Shown here in pieces: positions 7,224-10,658 of a stretch of 10,658 bases of DNA. The notes below the pieces were generated by a model. It worked only from the letters and a program-made list of their open reading frames with translations, had not been told where the DNA came from and made no database searches. Both the position numbers and the translations under genes were made by a program. Source of the DNA: Myxococcota bacterium (GTDB lineage: Bacteria; Myxococcota; XYA12-FULL-58-9; JABJBS01); assembly GCA_036339465.1 (NCBI GenBank), contig JAYZAY010000093.1, positions 1 through 10,658 on the forward strand, written 5' to 3'. Every line of letters begins with the position of its first letter. Positions within the stretch are counted from its first letter, which is position 1.

Positions 7224-8297
7224 ATGGGCGACCGAGACCGACATCCTGGCGATGAGGAACGGCTCGATGACTTCGAAACCGATTTTGAAGACACCGACGA
7301 CGACCTCGATTCCGACGACGACCTCGATTCCGACGACGACCTCGATTCCGACGACGACCTCGATTCCGACGACGACCTCGATTCCGACGACGACCTCGAT
7401 TCCGACGACGATGACGTCGAAGAAGATCAAGTTGCGAATGACACAGAGCATGCAGGGATCATCCTCAAAACTCCTGAAGTTCATATCGGTGGGGATGACG
7501 AATATCCCGAAGATGGATTTACCGCTCCCGCACCTGAACCACGGCGTCGTTCGCCTGAAGAAGAGGAAGCGCGAACGAAAGCCAGAGCGCGGGCTGAAAA
7601 AAATCGCCTTAAAAAAATTGCCACCCACGACGCTCCTTCACCAACTGAGCCCCGATCCAAATCCAAACGCAGCGATAACCGTAAAGGCGGCAACCGACGC
7701 GAAGAGGCTCCCAAAGCTGAGCCCGCGCCAATTCCTACACGACACTATGCAACTCGAAACGAGTGGGGAAATATGTCCGACGCACCTCGCAGTGCCACTA
7801 GGAGTCCATTACTGTGGATAGCATTGACTCTTCTACTCATAACAGTTTTGGGAATGGGCGGCGTCATCACTTATCTGCTGGTGAGTGGAGATAACAGCGG
7901 AGATGAAATTTCACAACGTCGGCGAGGAAAATCAAAGTTACCCCCAGAATTATCTAAAGCATTTAATCAAGGATTCAATCCCGATTACGAAGATGAAGAC
8001 AATCAGCGTAGACCTGAACCTCCAAGTCTTAAGGCTCAAGAAAGTCCATTGGCCAATATCGATGACGACAACATGCGCCTCATTCACAGTAGGATTGGAG
8101 CCATCCGGAAAGAACTCAGAACACTGGACCGAAACAAAGCGAGGCTCGAAGAAGCAATCAATGAAATAGAAGATGTGCTATTAGATGCTGCAGAGGTGAA
8201 CACCAACAACCGCCGAACCCGCCGAGACTCTAGAAAAACTGACCGCAACGAAAAACGAAACTCTAGAGGCAATAGCCGAAATACACGTAGGAGGTAG
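7224..8297 (+). CDS. Hypothetical single-pass membrane protein: acidic disordered N-terminus, TM helix, coiled coil, Arg-rich tail (357 aa)
   Basis: (DDDLDS)x6 repeat; TM segment LLWIALTLLLITVLGMGGVITYLLV (aa 196-220); heptad pattern at aa ~284-322; Arg/Asn-rich aa 330-357. No clear SD, so the start is uncertain. Confidence 0.8.
   Translation: MGDRDRHPGDEERLDDFETDFEDTDDDLDSDDDLDSDDDLDSDDDLDSDDDLDSDDDLDSDDDDVEEDQVANDTEHAGIILKTPEVHIGGDDEYPEDGFTAPAPEPRRRSPEEEEARTKARARAEKNRLKKIATHDAPSPTEPRSKSKRSDNRKGGNRREEAPKAEPAPIPTRHYATRNEWGNMSDAPRSATRSPLLWIALTLLLITVLGMGGVITYLLVSGDNSGDEISQRRRGKSKLPPELSKAFNQGFNPDYEDEDNQRRPEPPSLKAQESPLANIDDDNMRLIHSRIGAIRKELRTLDRNKARLEEAINEIEDVLLDAAEVNTNNRRTRRDSRKTDRNEKRNSRGNSRNTRRR
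7294..7411 (+). repeat. Perfect 18-bp coding tandem repeat CCGACGACGACCTCGATT, 6 copies plus 10 bp
   Basis: Identical units start at 7294, 7312, 7330, 7348, 7366 and 7384, with a partial unit at 7402-7411. Encodes DDDLDS. Confidence 0.97.
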
Positions 8298-8359
8298 GAA
8301 GCGTCGAGACAAAATCAGCCTGGACGCCCCTCCGATACTCCCACAGTCATGTCATAACG

Positions 8360-10588
8360 ATGAGCAGACAACTTCCAGACATCATAAAAGACATGGCTCC
8401 TTCAACCGAAGCCATCCAGCAGGCTTTACTCATCGATGAAGCGATCACCCAAACCGAATGCCCGCTTGACTCGCTGGCCCTCTACGATACGGATTGGACC
8501 GACCCTGCCTTACAACTTGGTTGCCTCAAATTTTTGAGATTATCTCATAAGTACTACCCGCCCCTCGACAACGCTTCCAAGATTCTGGCTCAACTATTGC
8601 CCCAGCTCAGGGAAAGCTATCTCAAAGAATGGATATACACGGTCTATGAATTAAGAATTCAGGTCCCCAAAAAAATCATAAAACAACTCATAGTGATCGA
8701 ACACCCCGAAATAAGGAGCAGCTTAACATTCCTGCTGTCTAAACAAGACTGGCCGGGTAGCAGAGAATATCTTGCATCACTCTGCGAATCCGAAAGTGTC
8801 ATGGTTTCTGACTGGGCCAAATACCATCTAAAAAAACGCGACCTCCGCACTGAAAATTATGTTTCTCAGAGCACAGAAGAAGAAGAAGAAGAAGAAAGTG
8901 AAAATGAGTTACTCGACAATTTCTTTTCCGCCGCACTTAAGCGCTCTAAACGACAAGTTTCTGAGGCCATCCGCGAAGAGCTTCGAGATAACGGCGTCGG
9001 TAACATCATTATCAAAACAGCAGGTGCCTGCAAGCTCCCATCATTGTACGCCCCTATATGGTGGAATCAATGGTCATCAGAAGCCTCACAGACAACAATG
9101 GAAACAGCCCTTCGAAACTCTTTTTGGGATCACAAGGAAGCAACAACTGAGATAGCAGAAAAGTTAACCTCACCAGAACTCGGACAGGCACACAGGCAGG
9201 AGTTACTATTTATCTTGTTACGCCGGCCTGAGCAATACATCTCAGACTTGGCGCAGTCATGGATGAACTCAAAACACCCCATACTAAGGAGCCAGGGGGC
9301 AGTTATTTCACTCTTCCATGGTGGCCCCCGCTTCCCTGGAAAACACGCCAATATGAAAATTATTTGCGATCGATTAAGATTTGGAGAAGTGTTGACTGCG
9401 GCCTCCCTGGTGCCTTTTCTCGCAAAAATATCACCCTCAATTCTAACTCAAGCGCTCGACAATTTCCGGACTCATCAAGCTCCTTTGGTAACTTGGAATC
9501 TAAAATCGGTGATTCATCGGTGGGGCCGACTTCCTCCTGAGCACCAAGTACTCAGATGCCTTCACACCCCTACCCATAGCACTCGGATCATTGCCTGTAT
9601 GGAATTCGCAGAAACCATCGATGAAATGTTCCTAGCCGACGAATCGGAGGATGGGAGCGCTCTGAAGTTTAATTCAGAGTTCACTTTCAGAGAATCAACA
9701 AAAGTAGAATCTTTGGATTATGTGGGCACAGGGTCAGCGAAGCTGGACCCCAAGAAAAAGAAATTAGTTCAAAGTAAGTATGTCTCTCCCCAAAAACCTT
9801 TCTGGCAACATCAATTCGACAAATTAGCCAGAAGATATTCATCGAGTAGCATTTTCGGATTTGGATTTATTTTCTGCCTAGGAATTGCACTTCTAGGTGC
9901 TTTCACCTTCCATCTCATTGAGCAATCCATCAGCCCAAAACCCAGTGAGCAAGTATTTATTAAGTCCGAAGAGATAGCCCAAATAGAAGAGACAAAGCCC
10001 GACCTTCTGGTTGACCCTGCACTTCGTACCAACGGGATGTATTCGGCGCAACGAGTAAGCCTCGTTGCGAAATTATCCCGTGATTCCATACTACAAGTGC
10101 TACTGAAACAATCCGACCGCTGGAGTCTATATAATCGAATCGATGTGGTGGATTCAGCTGCCATCATTGCCAAAATTGAAGTACACCAAATCAAACCGGA
10201 ATCCACCTACCTGGAAGCGATGAATTACCTCCTCGACGATCTTGAAGTAGAGATCTCAGAAGACCGACATGAAAAAGTTGCCAAATTATTAATCAGTCTA
10301 ACGGCTTACAATTCCAAAGTCGGTGATTGGGCAACAACCAAAACTCTTGATAGAATCGATAAAATCCCATACCACAATGATAGCTTAGTATTGAAGATGG
10401 CAGAGATTAGTTCCGAATTTCGGACAGACTTACGAAAAGCCGGCATGCAATCAAAATATCACCCAGCCTTACAAAAGTTCAAAAAATCGACATTGCATCA
10501 AATGGTCGAGATACTTGACCATGGATGGGTTCGCAAAAAAGAAAAACTATTGGGAGGCTACCTCACGCACTTGAGTTCAATGAAATAA
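8360..10588 (+). CDS. Hypothetical membrane protein with degenerate HEAT-like helical repeats and one TM helix (742 aa)
   Basis: Long, Leu-rich, helical-looking ORF. HEAT-like segments include EHPEIRSSLTFLL, YLASLCESESVMVSDWAKYHL and SWMNSKHPILRSQGAVISL. TM segment IFGFGFIFCLGIALLGAFTFHLI (aa 498-520) is preceded by basic residues. Confidence 0.75.
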   Translation: MSRQLPDIIKDMAPSTEAIQQALLIDEAITQTECPLDSLALYDTDWTDPALQLGCLKFLRLSHKYYPPLDNASKILAQLLPQLRESYLKEWIYTVYELRIQVPKKIIKQLIVIEHPEIRSSLTFLLSKQDWPGSREYLASLCESESVMVSDWAKYHLKKRDLRTENYVSQSTEEEEEEESENELLDNFFSAALKRSKRQVSEAIREELRDNGVGNIIIKTAGACKLPSLYAPIWWNQWSSEASQTTMETALRNSFWDHKEATTEIAEKLTSPELGQAHRQELLFILLRRPEQYISDLAQSWMNSKHPILRSQGAVISLFHGGPRFPGKHANMKIICDRLRFGEVLTAASLVPFLAKISPSILTQALDNFRTHQAPLVTWNLKSVIHRWGRLPPEHQVLRCLHTPTHSTRIIACMEFAETIDEMFLADESEDGSALKFNSEFTFRESTKVESLDYVGTGSAKLDPKKKKLVQSKYVSPQKPFWQHQFDKLARRYSSSSIFGFGFIFCLGIALLGAFTFHLIEQSISPKPSEQVFIKSEEIAQIEETKPDLLVDPALRTNGMYSAQRVSLVAKLSRDSILQVLLKQSDRWSLYNRIDVVDSAAIIAKIEVHQIKPESTYLEAMNYLLDDLEVEISEDRHEKVAKLLISLTAYNSKVGDWATTKTLDRIDKIPYHNDSLVLKMAEISSEFRTDLRKAGMQSKYHPALQKFKKSTLHQMVEILDHGWVRKKEKLLGGYLTHLSSMK
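8876..8896 (+). repeat. (GAA)7 trinucleotide repeat encoding poly-Glu
   Basis: Seven consecutive in-frame GAA codons. Confidence 0.9.
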
Positions 10589-10658
10589 AAAACGTGGATT
10601 AATCAAACCCTTTGTCAAGGATGAAAGCACTTAGTTTTTCGCCAAAGACCATAGGATT

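Noticed and set aside
7294..7411. CRISPR array
   Set aside because: The repeats are directly adjacent with no spacers, are only 18 bp, lie in frame within a CDS, and there are no cas genes.
7218..7628. Antisense ORF with a hydrophobic (VVVGIE)n repeat
   Set aside because: It is the reverse-complement reading of the Asp-rich repeat and has no independent coding evidence.
7252..7821. Alternative-frame ORF with a mucin-like (PTTTSI)n repeat
   Set aside because: It is a shadow of the 18-bp repeat. The 7224-8297 frame is longer and has a coherent TM and coiled coil.
8349..8357. Mini-ORF ATG-TCA-TAA just before the 742-aa start
   Set aside because: A two-codon ORF without an SD is expected by chance.
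10597..10618. GATTAATC palindrome and minus-strand TTGACA after the last gene
   Set aside because: There is no properly spaced -10 element and no GC-rich stem with a U tract, so neither a promoter nor a terminator is supported.

Overview
This is a bacterial window with five long genes. The Cys-rich secreted proteins suggest a Myxococcota/Deltaproteobacteria-like organism, which is an inference. The minus strand carries a long-chain fatty-acid CoA ligase (5263-7041) followed by a probable intrinsic terminator. Next is a translationally coupled pair of putative lipoproteins (1478-5047, 1189 aa; 34-1485, 483 aa) that share a disulfide-containing Ig-like repeat. The standout is the C-terminal ~570 aa of the 1189-aa protein: it matches the eukaryotic BPI/LBP (double TULIP barrel) lipid-binding fold at several ordered motifs. 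This suggests a stalk-mounted, lipid-anchored lipid-capture protein next to a fatty-acid activating enzyme. Two uncharacterised single-pass membrane proteins lie divergently on the plus strand. One has a perfect 18-bp acidic tandem repeat, a coiled coil and an Arg-rich tail; the other has degenerate HEAT-like repeats. No RNA genes, CRISPR arrays or mobile elements were seen.
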